Source of the DNA: Candidatus Omnitrophota bacterium | GTDB lineage: Bacteria; Hinthialibacterota; Hinthialibacteria; Hinthialibacterales; Hinthialibacteraceae | Assembly: GCA_040755155.1 (NCBI GenBank) | Contig: JBFMBP010000153.1 | Coordinates: 106,010-170,009, forward strand | Direction: 5' to 3' | DNA length: 64,000 nt | Part shown: positions 18,989 to 28,830 of the stretch, piece by piece | Position numbering within the stretch: the stretch's first letter is position 1 | Layout of the letters: every line of letters starts with the position of its first letter | Notes under the pieces: generated by a model | Database searches by the model: none | The model's input: only the letters and a program-made list of their open reading frames with translations | What the model was told of the DNA's origin: nothing | Program-made: the position numbers and the translations under genes

Positions 18989-21486
18989 GGTTTCTCCGCT
19001 GTATTTATTCTTTGCATTTCCAATCGGGCAAGATCGGAAAAAATCGTGTCGGGTAAATCCAACAAAAGTTGCCGGTATTTTGTCGCATCTTCCATGCGCA
19101 AGCCAGAGGGACTGGACATTTGCAATAATTCCAATTGCGTCATTCCCCGAATTGCCGGATTGTCTACGTCGAGAAGAAGGCGCCGCCATTCTTCGCTGGC
19201 TCCGGCGCGATCACCGGCGTCCCGCTTCAATCGGCCGATGTCGTACCTCGCCCATTCTTCGATATCTTCTCCGTATCCCTTGACGGCCAATTCTCTCATG
19301 ACGGGAACGGCGTCGGCGAAACGGCCTTGGAGCCGATACATGGCCGAGAGGCTATAGAGATCGAGTGATTCGCCCGTCAACGGCTCGATAGCCGCCAGGA
19401 TTTTCAGCGCATCGTTCGCCCAGCGCCAATCGTCGCTATTGTCCACAATATCCTGGAGCAGCAAGCGGGCGGCTTCCACATCTTTCAAAGCCAAATGGAT
19501 TTGCGCCAGGAGAAAACGAGCTTCGGAGCGCTGCGGTTGAAATTGGATATTTTCCAATAATTGCATCGCCGGTTCCAGGGACGAGAATTCCACCAACGCC
19601 TTGGCGCGCAAAAACAATAACCGATCCAGCGCCTCCGGGGACAAGGGCGGATTCACTGTGGAGGAAGATTGTTCCACTTTGCGAATCGCCGATAAAGCTT
19701 CGCCGGGCTGGAAAGCGTTCAATTGAACCGCCGCATAACGCAATAGCCGGTCCGCAATCAAAGAATCGAGAGGGAGGACGGATGTCGCTTCCAGAACCGG
19801 CGCTAAGGACGGCTTCATGAGTTGCGCCGCTTCGCGTTGATGGTCCAGGCCGGATTCGCCGCTGAGAATTTCCGCCAATTCCCGGTCGGCGGCGTTTCGA
19901 TAGAGGCTTTCTGAAGCCACCGCCTGCAGAAGAACAACCGCTCCATCGCGATCCCCCTGTTTCAGGGCGGATTGGGCTAACTGAATGCGGCATAAACCGG
20001 TATCGTCCGCCTGAGCGATGTCCTCCATATCCTTGCGGAATGGCGGTCGCGCGCCGAGTTCCAGCAATGGCCGCCGCACCCATTCTTTCACTTCCGCATA
20101 GGGACGCCCTGTGGCCAATTGCACTAAGGCGGCGACTAGCGGCTTGAGATCGGCGCAAGTTTCGGCGAATTGCAGAATAGCATAGGAGAGAGACTCCGGA
20201 TTGAATCCATTCGCTTGCGACGCTTTGTCGAAGACGGCGAAGGCGCGATCGTACATCCCCAACCGCAGAGCGGTTTCTCCCTCTTGGGAGACCAAAGGAG
20301 GAGGCGTCGAGTCTTTCCGTTCGTTCAATATTCCAGCCGCTGTTTGTTGATCCCCCAAAGCGAAGATTTTTTCCGCCGCTTTGAAAGCCGCCAAGGGATT
20401 GGCTGGCTGGAGATTCATCCAATCTTTCCAAAGTTGGACGGCTTCCTCTCTTTTCCCCGCATTGAATAACAGATGGCTCAGCTTTTCGCGGCGAGTGAAA
20501 TCGAGCGGCAGGAATTTTACGATTCGAGCCAGAATGGCGATCGCCTCTTCGGAGCTGCGTTGAAGATGGACGAGATCCACCCATTGATCCAAAAGTTCTA
20601 TCGGCGCATGGCCAATGTACTCGGCGGCAACCGTTGGGGGATCTTTCGCTTCTCCATTCATCAGGGTGGATTCGATCGCTTCCAAGGCTTCCTTCCCGCG
20701 ATTGGCCTTGAGCAAGAGGTCGGTCAGCAATAAGAGAAACGGATAAGGATCGCCGCCCGTTTTGGATAATCCGCTCAAACGCCGCAATAAATCGTCCAAT
20801 TTGTTCTGGGCGGAATAAACCTCCACCATCGGCGCAGCCTGCGCCCGGGCTTGTGCCGGAAAAACCGGCCAAAGGGTTTCATACAAGCCGCAGCTGCGAG
20901 AAAGGTCGCCTTGCAAGCGCAACAAATCGGCCAAATTCCACCCCAAAGCGTCGCGGTATTTGGGAATGGCGATGGCATAGAGATTATCGATCTCTTCCCG
21001 GCTCAAGGTCAGAAAAGCGTCGTTTTCGATAATCCGCATCAGGAGATGAACCTGGTAGGCTTCATCCGCCTTGGGAAACAGTTTCCAGCATTCCTTAACG
21101 GCGCGCCGATAAAAGCCCGCCCGCTCCAGGCAGCCAATATAGCGTTGCGAATAGTAATTCACCTTCAGGAACGCCGGATTCTGGGGATCGGGAGGAACGC
21201 CTTCCAACGTTTTGGCGTAATACTCCGCCGCCTGTTCGAAACGGCCTTGCGACTCCTCGATGATTCCCAGCTGGCTTAAAACGCCCGTTTTATCGGCGTA
21301 GCTTTTCCACTCTTGGGAATCGAGCATCCGCCGATAAAAATAAGAAGCGGTTACATAATCGGAGGAGACGAGGGCGGCATCGCCTTGAGATCGAAGATCG
21401 TCCAATTCGCCCCCCCATGCGAAAGAGCGGCTCCAAACGAGGACAAGCAGCAAGAATAGTCGCCCAAAGGCGTATTTTCGATTCAT
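18985..21486 (-). CDS. Secreted TPR-repeat protein
   Basis: Signal peptide MNRKYAFGRLFLLLVLVWSRSFAWG. Numerous TPR-like 34-residue helical repeats (A..Y...A....A..L patterns) across about 830 aa. Confidence 0.7.
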   Translation of the reverse strand: MNRKYAFGRLFLLLVLVWSRSFAWGGELDDLRSQGDAALVSSDYVTASYFYRRMLDSQEWKSYADKTGVLSQLGIIEESQGRFEQAAEYYAKTLEGVPPDPQNPAFLKVNYYSQRYIGCLERAGFYRRAVKECWKLFPKADEAYQVHLLMRIIENDAFLTLSREEIDNLYAIAIPKYRDALGWNLADLLRLQGDLSRSCGLYETLWPVFPAQARAQAAPMVEVYSAQNKLDDLLRRLSGLSKTGGDPYPFLLLLTDLLLKANRGKEALEAIESTLMNGEAKDPPTVAAEYIGHAPIELLDQWVDLVHLQRSSEEAIAILARIVKFLPLDFTRREKLSHLLFNAGKREEAVQLWKDWMNLQPANPLAAFKAAEKIFALGDQQTAAGILNERKDSTPPPLVSQEGETALRLGMYDRAFAVFDKASQANGFNPESLSYAILQFAETCADLKPLVAALVQLATGRPYAEVKEWVRRPLLELGARPPFRKDMEDIAQADDTGLCRIQLAQSALKQGDRDGAVVLLQAVASESLYRNAADRELAEILSGESGLDHQREAAQLMKPSLAPVLEATSVLPLDSLIADRLLRYAAVQLNAFQPGEALSAIRKVEQSSSTVNPPLSPEALDRLLFLRAKALVEFSSLEPAMQLLENIQFQPQRSEARFLLAQIHLALKDVEAARLLLQDIVDNSDDWRWANDALKILAAIEPLTGESLDLYSLSAMYRLQGRFADAVPVMRELAVKGYGEDIEEWARYDIGRLKRDAGDRAGASEEWRRLLLDVDNPAIRGMTQLELLQMSSPSGLRMEDATKYRQLLLDLPDTIFSDLARLEMQRINTAEKP

Positions 21487-21698
21487 AAAAACATCTATTT
21501 CCAATCCGGCGACAGGTTTCGGCTATCAGCTAGGAAGGCGGATTGATATTCGCGATCAATCATAAAATAAAAACGAATCAAGCTGCCCAAAGTCATGGGC
21601 GCCGATTCGAAAAATTTTTCCGTTAAAACAGATATAAATAGCGGCTTTAGGGACAGTTTACAAGCCGGATAACGAATAACGGCGAAAACGAATAAGGA

Positions 21699-22565
21699 TT
21701 AATGCTGCAAGAGGACGGCGCGGTTGATGTTGCGCAAGACGCATTCCGTGGTGCTGCCCAACACGAGTTCGCGGACGCGGGCATGACCGTAAGCGCCCAT
21801 CGCTACTAAATCGACATCATCCTCCTTGGCGGCGGCGACAATCTGTTCCGCCGGATCGCCTTGGCGGATTTCCAGAATATCGCGCAGCTGATAGGCGTCC
21901 AGATATTTCAAGGCCTTGTCCGCCACCTGGCGCGCTTCGATTTCGTCTTCATGCACAACCAGCAGTTTCATCTTGATGCTGTTATGGGGGCAACAAGCGT
22001 AGAGATGGGCCGCCGAACGCAGCGTCTTCACGGAATATTCGCCGCCGTCGAAGCAAACCAATATCCGTTGCAGCGTGCGGTAGGAATGCGGCGTTACGAT
22101 AACGGGGATATCCGAGCGGCGAATCACGCTTTCCAGATTCGATCCCAAAAGGCCGGTGCTGAAATCCGCTCCCGCGCCGCGTTGGCCGAGAAAGAGAAGG
22201 TCGCAGCACTTGGCTTCTTCCAGAATCATGTCCGTTACGATCCCTTCCCGGATTTCGCAACGGGCGGTTAGACCCGCCTTGCGGCATTCTTCCTGAATGC
22301 GATTCAATAGGTTTTCCGCGCGCTCCCATTGTTTGGAAAGCAATTCGTTCTTTTCGAAAACCGATTCGTCGAACACGGGCGGAAAATCGGCCGTCGGATA
22401 ATAATACGGGTAGACGATCGCAAATTCCTTGCGATCCACCACGCTGAGAATCGTAATCTGCGCTCCCAGCCATTTCGAATATTCCAGGGCGTATCTCATG
22501 CAAACTTCGCTGTAACGAGATGCATCAACCGCTAATAGAACGGATTTATACATGACTCCCTCCAC
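21699..22565 (-). CDS. Tandem-domain universal stress protein (UspA family)
   Basis: Two Usp domains: N-terminal MYKSVLLAVDASRYSEVCMRYALEYSKWLGAQITILSV and a second ..RILVCFDGGEYSVKTLRSAAHL.. with the ATP-binding-like G-x2-G-x9-G(S/T) region. 288 aa. Confidence 0.8.
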   Translation of the reverse strand: MEGVMYKSVLLAVDASRYSEVCMRYALEYSKWLGAQITILSVVDRKEFAIVYPYYYPTADFPPVFDESVFEKNELLSKQWERAENLLNRIQEECRKAGLTARCEIREGIVTDMILEEAKCCDLLFLGQRGAGADFSTGLLGSNLESVIRRSDIPVIVTPHSYRTLQRILVCFDGGEYSVKTLRSAAHLYACCPHNSIKMKLLVVHEDEIEARQVADKALKYLDAYQLRDILEIRQGDPAEQIVAAAKEDDVDLVAMGAYGHARVRELVLGSTTECVLRNINRAVLLQH

Positions 22566-22779
22566 CTCCCTTCCAAAGTGCGCCGCCGTCTTCTATAGAA
22601 TATTGTAACTGATTTTTCCCATTTTTCCTTCCGTAAAACTCAATTAGCCACTATAAAAAAATAGCTGGAAAAGGGCGAATACTCATCCTATTGCGATTTC
22701 TTAAAAATGAAATTATCCTTACCAAGGGGAAAACCGGCATCCAATCATTCAATCGCGCCGATTTTTAAAGGAATATCCC

Positions 22780-23991
22780 GTGCTAAAACCGCTGGTGAGA
22801 GAAGAACGCGCTAAAATCAACGAACCATGCCTATGGCGCCATGCGGACCAAGAAGAGGTTTTCCACGGATTTATCATCAATGAAAGCGCTACGGGAGTTT
22901 TAGTCGAAACGGACCAGATCCACGAAATCGGTCAAATCATTTGCATTTTGGTTGCTTTCGAGGGGGAAGCCCTGCCTAATCCGTCGAAAATGAATGCCGA
23001 GGCGATCTTCCAACATCCGCTCGCGAGAAAAGGGAAGATCGTCCGGCTGGAAGAACCGCACCGCATCGGAGTTCAATTCGACAAGGAAGAAAACGCCGGC
23101 GCCGAATATCGGCGCTGGATCCGAGGCGATTCCTGCATTACGACGTTCTTCTTCCCAGATAAAGGAGCTATCTCCCTTTCCGGCAAGATCAACCTGGAAA
23201 CAAGCGCCTTGCTGCAAAAAATCGTCAATCTGGAAGCCAAAAAACGCAAGGAAATAATTCTCTCCTGCCGCGATGTGCGGGAGGCGTTTACGGCGGCCAT
23301 CACCGTTTTCCGCACGGCGGTTCTGACCATCGCGAAATCGGGCGCCGATTTGACGTTCATCAACAGCGGCCATGCGGAAACCGCGGAAAAAATCGGCAAA
23401 ACCATCGAATTCGAGGCCGGACGATGCCTGAATCCCCAAGAACGTTACGCCATCGCGCCTCGCGATCCGATCGAAATCCTCAAATCCAAGCAATCCTTAC
23501 AACCTTCTGGCGAAAAAAGCCAATCCGCCAAGCCAACGCCTTCTTCCTCGAAAGAGACTCCCTGCAAGGAAGCCGCTCCTTGCGCCTTAATCGTTGGGAA
23601 AATCCCATCGGCGGCGCGCCGCTTGGCGGCGCCATTGGAACGCATGAACGTTCCCCTAAGAATCGTTCATAGAGAAGAGGAAATCGTCAACGCTATTCTT
23701 CAGACGAATCCTGTCTTTATTATTCTTGATATCGACATCGAGACCAATCATTACGTCTATTTGCTCAACCAAATCGTCAAGCATGAAATCCCTTCTTTGC
23801 CTCCGGTGTGCATCGTCGGCCCCGCCATCTTGGAAAAATTGGTAAAGGAGGCGATCAAACTGCCGTTGAAATTTTATATGAACAAGCCTTTCAGCGAACG
23901 GGATTATACGCTTTCTCTGAAATGCGCCTCCCTGGAAGGCATTCTGTCGAATTTCGATTTGGAGAACGAGTGGGATATTCGAAAATTATGA
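22780..23991 (+). CDS. Multidomain signalling protein: PilZ-like N-terminal domain (NxSxxG present, RxxxR degenerate), central STAS-like domain, C-terminal receiver-like (pseudo-REC) domain
   Basis: GTG start with AAGGA RBS. INESATG matches the PilZ (D/N)xSxxG motif 25 aa after REERAK. Middle region resembles SpoIIAA/STAS. C-terminus ..PVFIILDIDIE...YMNKPF resembles CheY-like REC but lacks the N-terminal acidic pair. Confidence 0.5.
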   Translation: MLKPLVREERAKINEPCLWRHADQEEVFHGFIINESATGVLVETDQIHEIGQIICILVAFEGEALPNPSKMNAEAIFQHPLARKGKIVRLEEPHRIGVQFDKEENAGAEYRRWIRGDSCITTFFFPDKGAISLSGKINLETSALLQKIVNLEAKKRKEIILSCRDVREAFTAAITVFRTAVLTIAKSGADLTFINSGHAETAEKIGKTIEFEAGRCLNPQERYAIAPRDPIEILKSKQSLQPSGEKSQSAKPTPSSSKETPCKEAAPCALIVGKIPSAARRLAAPLERMNVPLRIVHREEEIVNAILQTNPVFIILDIDIETNHYVYLLNQIVKHEIPSLPPVCIVGPAILEKLVKEAIKLPLKFYMNKPFSERDYTLSLKCASLEGILSNFDLENEWDIRKL

Positions 23992-24362
23992 TTTTTCCAA
24001 AAGAATACCGTCATGGAGATTATTACGTTGTCGAGTTCGAAGGGAAATGCGGCGCTATCGACGCTCCCTTTTTAGACGAGTTGTTCTCCGGCATCGCCAG
24101 CCAAAACGCCTACTTTATGGCATTGGATTTCACCCGCATTTCCGGCTTCCACTTTTCGCTCTTCGGTCCTCTCGTCAAATTGCGGAATACTCTGATCTCC
24201 GCTGGCGGCGCGTTGATCCTGGCGGGATTCCCGCCGGATGCGCGGTATACTTTGCAGGCGATCAAAATGGGCGAAGGGTTTGACTTTCGAGAATCTTTGG
24301 CTTCTATTCTTCAAGAATACCCTTCCGAAGAGGAACCGGATCGAGAATCGTCCGAAGATTAA
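23988..24362 (+). CDS. STAS-domain protein (anti-sigma-factor antagonist-like)
   Basis: ATG at 23988 overlaps the upstream stop (ATGA), implying coupling. YYVVEFEGKCGAIDAPFLDELFSGIASQNAYFMALDFTRISGFHFSLFGPLVKLRNTLISAGGALILAG is a typical SpoIIAA/STAS pattern. 124 aa. Confidence 0.7.
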   Translation: MIFPKEYRHGDYYVVEFEGKCGAIDAPFLDELFSGIASQNAYFMALDFTRISGFHFSLFGPLVKLRNTLISAGGALILAGFPPDARYTLQAIKMGEGFDFRESLASILQEYPSEEEPDRESSED

Positions 24363-24381
24363 ATTCGAAAGCGCATTCGGC

Positions 24382-25110
24382 GTGAAGAATCTTTCTTTAA
24401 ATCCCATCTTTTCCCTTCCCGCGCCTGGCGGCGCTAGGGAAGCTCTGGATTTCAGGCGCATCGCCGAATGGCGGAAATCGCTCTTCCCGGAAACGGCGGA
24501 AACCTTGCTGGAACTGACGGCGAACCGGGCGGGACTTTCCGGATTTTTGCCGGACAATCCTCCCATCGATCTGCTGGACGAGTTGATGGAAAAAGCGGAA
24601 AAAAATCGCTGCCGCTTCGTCTCTCTTTTTATTCCCATCACTCTGAATCAAACCGGCGAAAAGTTAGAAGAGGAAATTTCCATTGTTAATGGATGGACCG
24701 ATCTGGCGGCGTATATGGGCATACCGTTAGCCAGATTGAGGCTGGCGGAAATGTCCAGCGATTCTTTTCCATCGGCGCAAAACGCCTTGTCTCAAATCGT
24801 CAATTACCTAAGCGATGCGGATATCGTCGCGTCCCTTTCCATCCCGGATTTGCCTATCGCTCAGCTTCTGGATTTCGTCGAAAAGCATCGCGACAAAGAG
24901 CATCCCCTCCTTGGCTGCGATTGGGAATTGGAGACGGAGCCGCAACAGCCGCTGGCGGAATGCGGCATTCCGTCGGCGATGACAGCGTCCATCCACATTT
25001 GTTTCGCCCAGCGTCCCAACCGCGAAGACTTGGAGCAACGCCTTCGTGAAATCGAATCCCATTTCGCAGAAGCTCCTCCGCCGGTCATCCTATCCTTCAA
25101 TGTTGAATGA
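24382..25110 (+). CDS. Hypothetical protein (start uncertain; GTG at 24382 or upstream ATG at 24238)
   Basis: Long ORF in frame 1 downstream of the STAS gene. No recognisable domain. The 24238 start would overlap the STAS gene by 125 nt. Confidence 0.35.
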   Translation: MKNLSLNPIFSLPAPGGAREALDFRRIAEWRKSLFPETAETLLELTANRAGLSGFLPDNPPIDLLDELMEKAEKNRCRFVSLFIPITLNQTGEKLEEEISIVNGWTDLAAYMGIPLARLRLAEMSSDSFPSAQNALSQIVNYLSDADIVASLSIPDLPIAQLLDFVEKHRDKEHPLLGCDWELETEPQQPLAECGIPSAMTASIHICFAQRPNREDLEQRLREIESHFAEAPPPVILSFNVE

Positions 25111-25387
25111 AGAGAAAGTAGGATGGGTCGCGTTTTTTGACCCATCATTATTTATTCGAAGGGGGGTGGCAAAGGCAAGGTTGTTTCTGCCCTTGAAACA
25201 TCTCTAATTTTCCATCATTCATCATTAAGCATTAAAAAAGCGAAGAGACAATATCAAATGAAATATACTAATGGTCTCAAAAAACTTTGCGTAGTTGGAA
25301 TCGCCCGGTATCATATTTATTATTATTGCCCGCCCAGCGCATTGCGTTCGGCGGAAGACTGTCCTAAATAACAGGAAAATATTCAGC

Positions 25388-27154
25388 ATGAAAAATAATA
25401 TTCTCGCTCTTACCTTATTCTTCATCTCAATAATTCCATTCAGCGCTTACGCCCAAAACGCCGAACAAGACAAGCTATTCGCGTGGAACGCTTCTCTTTC
25501 CCAAGCGCAAGCGGCCCAAGGCTCCTCCATAACGATCAATCTGGATGCCGTTATAGCTCCCGATCACATTATTTACCACGATTCGTTGAAAATCGCCGCC
25601 GAGACGCCCGTAGGCTCGGCGGCTTTTGCTCCCGTCTATCCGCAACCGGAAACGAAAATCGATCCTATCGACGGAGCGATGAAAGCCGTTTATCATGGAA
25701 CCGTTCGTTTTCAAGTCCCCATCCAGCTCGCCGCCAACGCGCCTTTGGGAGAGATGAAGTTCAACGTCTCGGCGCATTTTCAAGGGTGTTCGCCCACGAT
25801 CTGCTACTTTCCGCGAACGAAAAAAATCGAATTGACGCTCGCCGTGGTCAAAGGAACGGATTCCGCTATTCCTGCGGCGGCGCAAGTTCAAACGCCCGCC
25901 CCGCCTCCCGCTTCGGGAAATAACATCATCGAGAATCAACTCTCCCAAGGTTTCTTCTGGGCCTTGCTCAGCCTTTTTTTCGCAGGATTTTTAACCAGTT
26001 TGACGCCGTGCGTCTTTCCGCTCATTCCGATTACGGTGAGCATCTTCGGCGCCAAGGACGCCGAAAGCCGTTGGAAAGCCTTTTCCCTCTCGTCGGTTTA
26101 CGTTCTCGGCATCGTAACGATGTACTCGTCGCTGGGCTTCGCCGCCGCGCGCACCGGGGCTTTGTTCGGCCAATTCATGAGCAATCCCTGGGCCGTCGTT
26201 CCCATCGCGCTGTTCTTCATGGCGATGGGCGCCTCCATGCTGGGAGCCTTCGAATTGCAGCTGCCGTCCGCGCTGCAAAACCGGCTTAGCCGGGCGGGAG
26301 GCCGGGGTTATCCCAGCGCCTTTCTCATGGGACTGGCGGCGGGAGTCATCGCCGCGCCCTGCACGGGGCCAGTGTTGTTTCCCCTGCTGTTATTCGCCGC
26401 CAAGCAAGGAAACGCCGCGCTGGGATTTTCTCTGCTCTTCGTCTATGCGCTGGGCCTAGGTTCTCTGTTTTTGATCGTAGGGACTTTCTCCGGATTGATT
26501 TCCAAACTGCCCAAATCGGGGCGATGGATGGAAGGCGTCAAGAGTTTCTTCGGAATCGTGCTCTTCGCATTCGCGCTCTATTTTCTAAAAGACGCTTTTC
26601 CTTTCCTGCGTCCGCCTTGGGAGGCCACGGCCATGGCTTATATCGCCGTTGGAGCGTTATTTGTTGTTGGGACGGTTTTAGGCGCATTCCATCTTTCCTT
26701 CCATTCGCCGAATAAGATAACGCGGCTTAAAAAGAGCGCGGGAGTTTTGCTTTGCGTTCTGACGATTTATTTCGCCGCCGCCGCCCCTCGCTCCGCCTTG
26801 AAGAGCCAAGTGCCATGGATTACGAATTTGAATCAAGGCCTGGCGGACGCCAAAGCGCAAGGCAAACCGGTTATGATCGACTTCTTCGCCGAGTGGTGTA
26901 CAGCCTGCAAAGAGATCGATGCCTATACCTATACTAATCCCCAAGTAGGCGAAGCCTTGCGCCGTTTCGTCAATATCAAAGCCGATATGACCTATGAAAA
27001 TGAAGACGATGTTCTTCTGAAACAAAAATACGAAATCGCTGGATTGCCCCTGATCGTTTTTTACGATTCGAAGGGCAATCTGATGGCGAACAAGCGCATA
27101 ACCGGATTCGTCGATGCAGAGAATTTCTTAAAACTTATTGCGGATATTCCATAA
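25388..27154 (+). CDS. dsbD: Thiol:disulfide interchange protein DsbD
   Basis: Signal peptide MKNNILALTLFFISIIPFSAYAQ. N-terminal alpha domain with GCSPTIC. Central TM core with LTPCVFPLIPI and APCTGP. C-terminal thioredoxin domain FFAEWCTACKEID. AGGAAAA RBS. Confidence 0.9.
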   Translation: MKNNILALTLFFISIIPFSAYAQNAEQDKLFAWNASLSQAQAAQGSSITINLDAVIAPDHIIYHDSLKIAAETPVGSAAFAPVYPQPETKIDPIDGAMKAVYHGTVRFQVPIQLAANAPLGEMKFNVSAHFQGCSPTICYFPRTKKIELTLAVVKGTDSAIPAAAQVQTPAPPPASGNNIIENQLSQGFFWALLSLFFAGFLTSLTPCVFPLIPITVSIFGAKDAESRWKAFSLSSVYVLGIVTMYSSLGFAAARTGALFGQFMSNPWAVVPIALFFMAMGASMLGAFELQLPSALQNRLSRAGGRGYPSAFLMGLAAGVIAAPCTGPVLFPLLLFAAKQGNAALGFSLLFVYALGLGSLFLIVGTFSGLISKLPKSGRWMEGVKSFFGIVLFAFALYFLKDAFPFLRPPWEATAMAYIAVGALFVVGTVLGAFHLSFHSPNKITRLKKSAGVLLCVLTIYFAAAAPRSALKSQVPWITNLNQGLADAKAQGKPVMIDFFAEWCTACKEIDAYTYTNPQVGEALRRFVNIKADMTYENEDDVLLKQKYEIAGLPLIVFYDSKGNLMANKRITGFVDAENFLKLIADIP

Positions 27155-27202
27155 AAAAATCGGAGGAAAGATTCCCTCTTTCCCCCGATCGCAACTTCCG
27201 TA

Positions 27203-27240
27203 GGGTGGGCTCAAAGCGAAGCGTAGCCCACCCTTTTTTA
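27203..27240 (+). terminator. Rho-independent terminator after dsbD
   Basis: GGGTGGGCT-caaagcgaagcgt-AGCCCACCC followed by TTTTTTA, 49 nt downstream of the dsbD stop. Confidence 0.8.
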
Positions 27241-27269
27241 TTCAATTGAGAATTTCATCATTCATCATT

Positions 27270-28799
27270 TCAATACGTCACGATAGAAACGGCGTCTTGA
27301 ATCTCCTCCATGCCTTCCGCATCTTCGGGAATACAGCTGAAACAAATCCGAATAATCATCGCCGTACTCTGGCCATTATCCGGTGCGCCGGGAGTCAAAT
27401 CGTATTGGAAAGAGTAAAGATCTTTCATAGCATTAACCGCATCCTGCGATTTCTTAATCCTGTTTTCAATGACAACCTTATTTTCGCCCGGTATAGGTTC
27501 GACAATGACATCTACTCGTTTTTGTTGAATTCCTTTTTCCGTCATTTCCTTGATTTTAGATAATTCTTTTTCGGATTTGTCTACTTCGATTTTTTTCAAT
27601 TCGATTTCTATATTATTCTGTTGTTTTTCCAGTTCTTTCCTTTTTGCGGTGGATTCTTCATCAGTACGGTCTTTCAATTCATCCATGGAACTTCGAATTT
27701 TCGCCAATTCCAATTGCAGAGTATCGATTAGTAATCTTCTTCCCGCTTCCTCTTGCTTTTTTATGACATCTTCCGGTTGCCGATCTTCCTCCGATTTCGC
27801 TTTCTTGGATTCCGAATCGGCTTTGAGCAGCGATTTCAAATCTTCCAATTCTTTTTTCAATTGTTCTACTTCGTCATTGTCTTTTGCGCCGGAACTCTGG
27901 AACCTAGCGCCATATCCCCCGCCTGTGGAAAATCCACCATACGCTCCACTACCATAAACGCCGCCCTGTCTCCGAGGAGTTATATTTCTATACATGCGCG
28001 TTAGATCGAACGGCCCGTTCAGGCTTGCGCCTTCGATGACGACGGTAATGGTTTCGTTGGGATTGAAGCCTTCGAAGCGTTTGCCGTATTTGGCCAGAAC
28101 GTTCAATATCCTGGTTTTCAACCGTTCGACTTTGTTTTCGTCGTAACGGTCGCTCGATTGAGGCGAGGCTTCTTTTACTTCGATCTTATCGAGAATTTCA
28201 TCCCATTCGTCCTTTTCATGGCTTTCTTCCGCCTCTTCCTTCTTTTCGCCGTTTTCGCGGTGGAGAGGAAAATCGACGCCCAGCGTGAACAACACGCCCA
28301 GACCGGGAATCCAATACCCCTGGCAACCCTTGGAGAAGAAGCCTTTGGACTTATAACTTTCGCCCAACGCCTCTTGGAGACGGGAATCGATTATCCGGCT
28401 CATCACTTCGATAGCGATTTTGGTTTTTTTGAGAAATTCGGGATCCGGTTGAAAATCAGGGCCGGGAATGCCGCCGCTAAAACCAACCATTCCACCGCCT
28501 GGCAGCCCCATGCCCATACCGCCCATCATACCTCCCATGCCTTTCCCCATTCCTCCAGCTGGAGCGCCTATCATTCCGCCCATGCCATACCCCATGCCAT
28601 TCATAACTCCGCCGCGTTGCTGCTTCGGCTGGGGAGCGGGCTGAGGCGCGGCCGCATACCCAGGCGAAGGCGGAACTACCGGCGCGGCTTCCTGAGCGGA
28701 CGCGGCGACTGCCGGCTCCTCCGGAGCCACTTGAGCCAAACCATAGAAACCTAATCCCGCCAACAATGAGAGAGACAATACCAATAGCATTCTTTTCAT
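27270..28799 (-). CDS. Secreted hypothetical protein with a Met/Gly-rich low-complexity tract, coiled-coil Lys/Glu-rich region and Cys-containing C-terminal domain; last gene of the ECF sigma operon
   Basis: Signal peptide MKRMLLVLSLSLLAGLGFYGLAQVA. Tract GMGYGMGGMIGAPAGGMGKGMGGMMGGMGMGLPGGGMVGF. Long charged coiled-coil segment. 509 aa. 31-nt gap after the anti-sigma gene. Confidence 0.6.
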   Translation of the reverse strand: MKRMLLVLSLSLLAGLGFYGLAQVAPEEPAVAASAQEAAPVVPPSPGYAAAPQPAPQPKQQRGGVMNGMGYGMGGMIGAPAGGMGKGMGGMMGGMGMGLPGGGMVGFSGGIPGPDFQPDPEFLKKTKIAIEVMSRIIDSRLQEALGESYKSKGFFSKGCQGYWIPGLGVLFTLGVDFPLHRENGEKKEEAEESHEKDEWDEILDKIEVKEASPQSSDRYDENKVERLKTRILNVLAKYGKRFEGFNPNETITVVIEGASLNGPFDLTRMYRNITPRRQGGVYGSGAYGGFSTGGGYGARFQSSGAKDNDEVEQLKKELEDLKSLLKADSESKKAKSEEDRQPEDVIKKQEEAGRRLLIDTLQLELAKIRSSMDELKDRTDEESTAKRKELEKQQNNIEIELKKIEVDKSEKELSKIKEMTEKGIQQKRVDVIVEPIPGENKVVIENRIKKSQDAVNAMKDLYSFQYDLTPGAPDNGQSTAMIIRICFSCIPEDAEGMEEIQDAVSIVTY

Positions 28800-28830
28800 C
28801 GTTTTTTACCTCGCTTTTTAAGGTTGAATT

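Noticed and set aside
18989-19189. N-terminal 67-aa extension of the pilin-like ORF
   Set aside because: It overlaps the 3' end of the TPR gene on the same strand. The internal ATG at 18988 has a GGAG RBS and ATGA coupling.
19436-20872. 478-aa ORF on the minus strand in an alternative frame of the TPR gene
   Set aside because: Same strand but a different frame from the strongly supported TPR protein. R/S/G-rich low-complexity product. Artifact.
25225-25425. 66-aa minus-strand ORF overlapping the dsbD start region
   Set aside because: It overlaps the dsbD RBS and start on the opposite strand. It is retained only as the context of one copy of the TCATCATTCATCATT motif.
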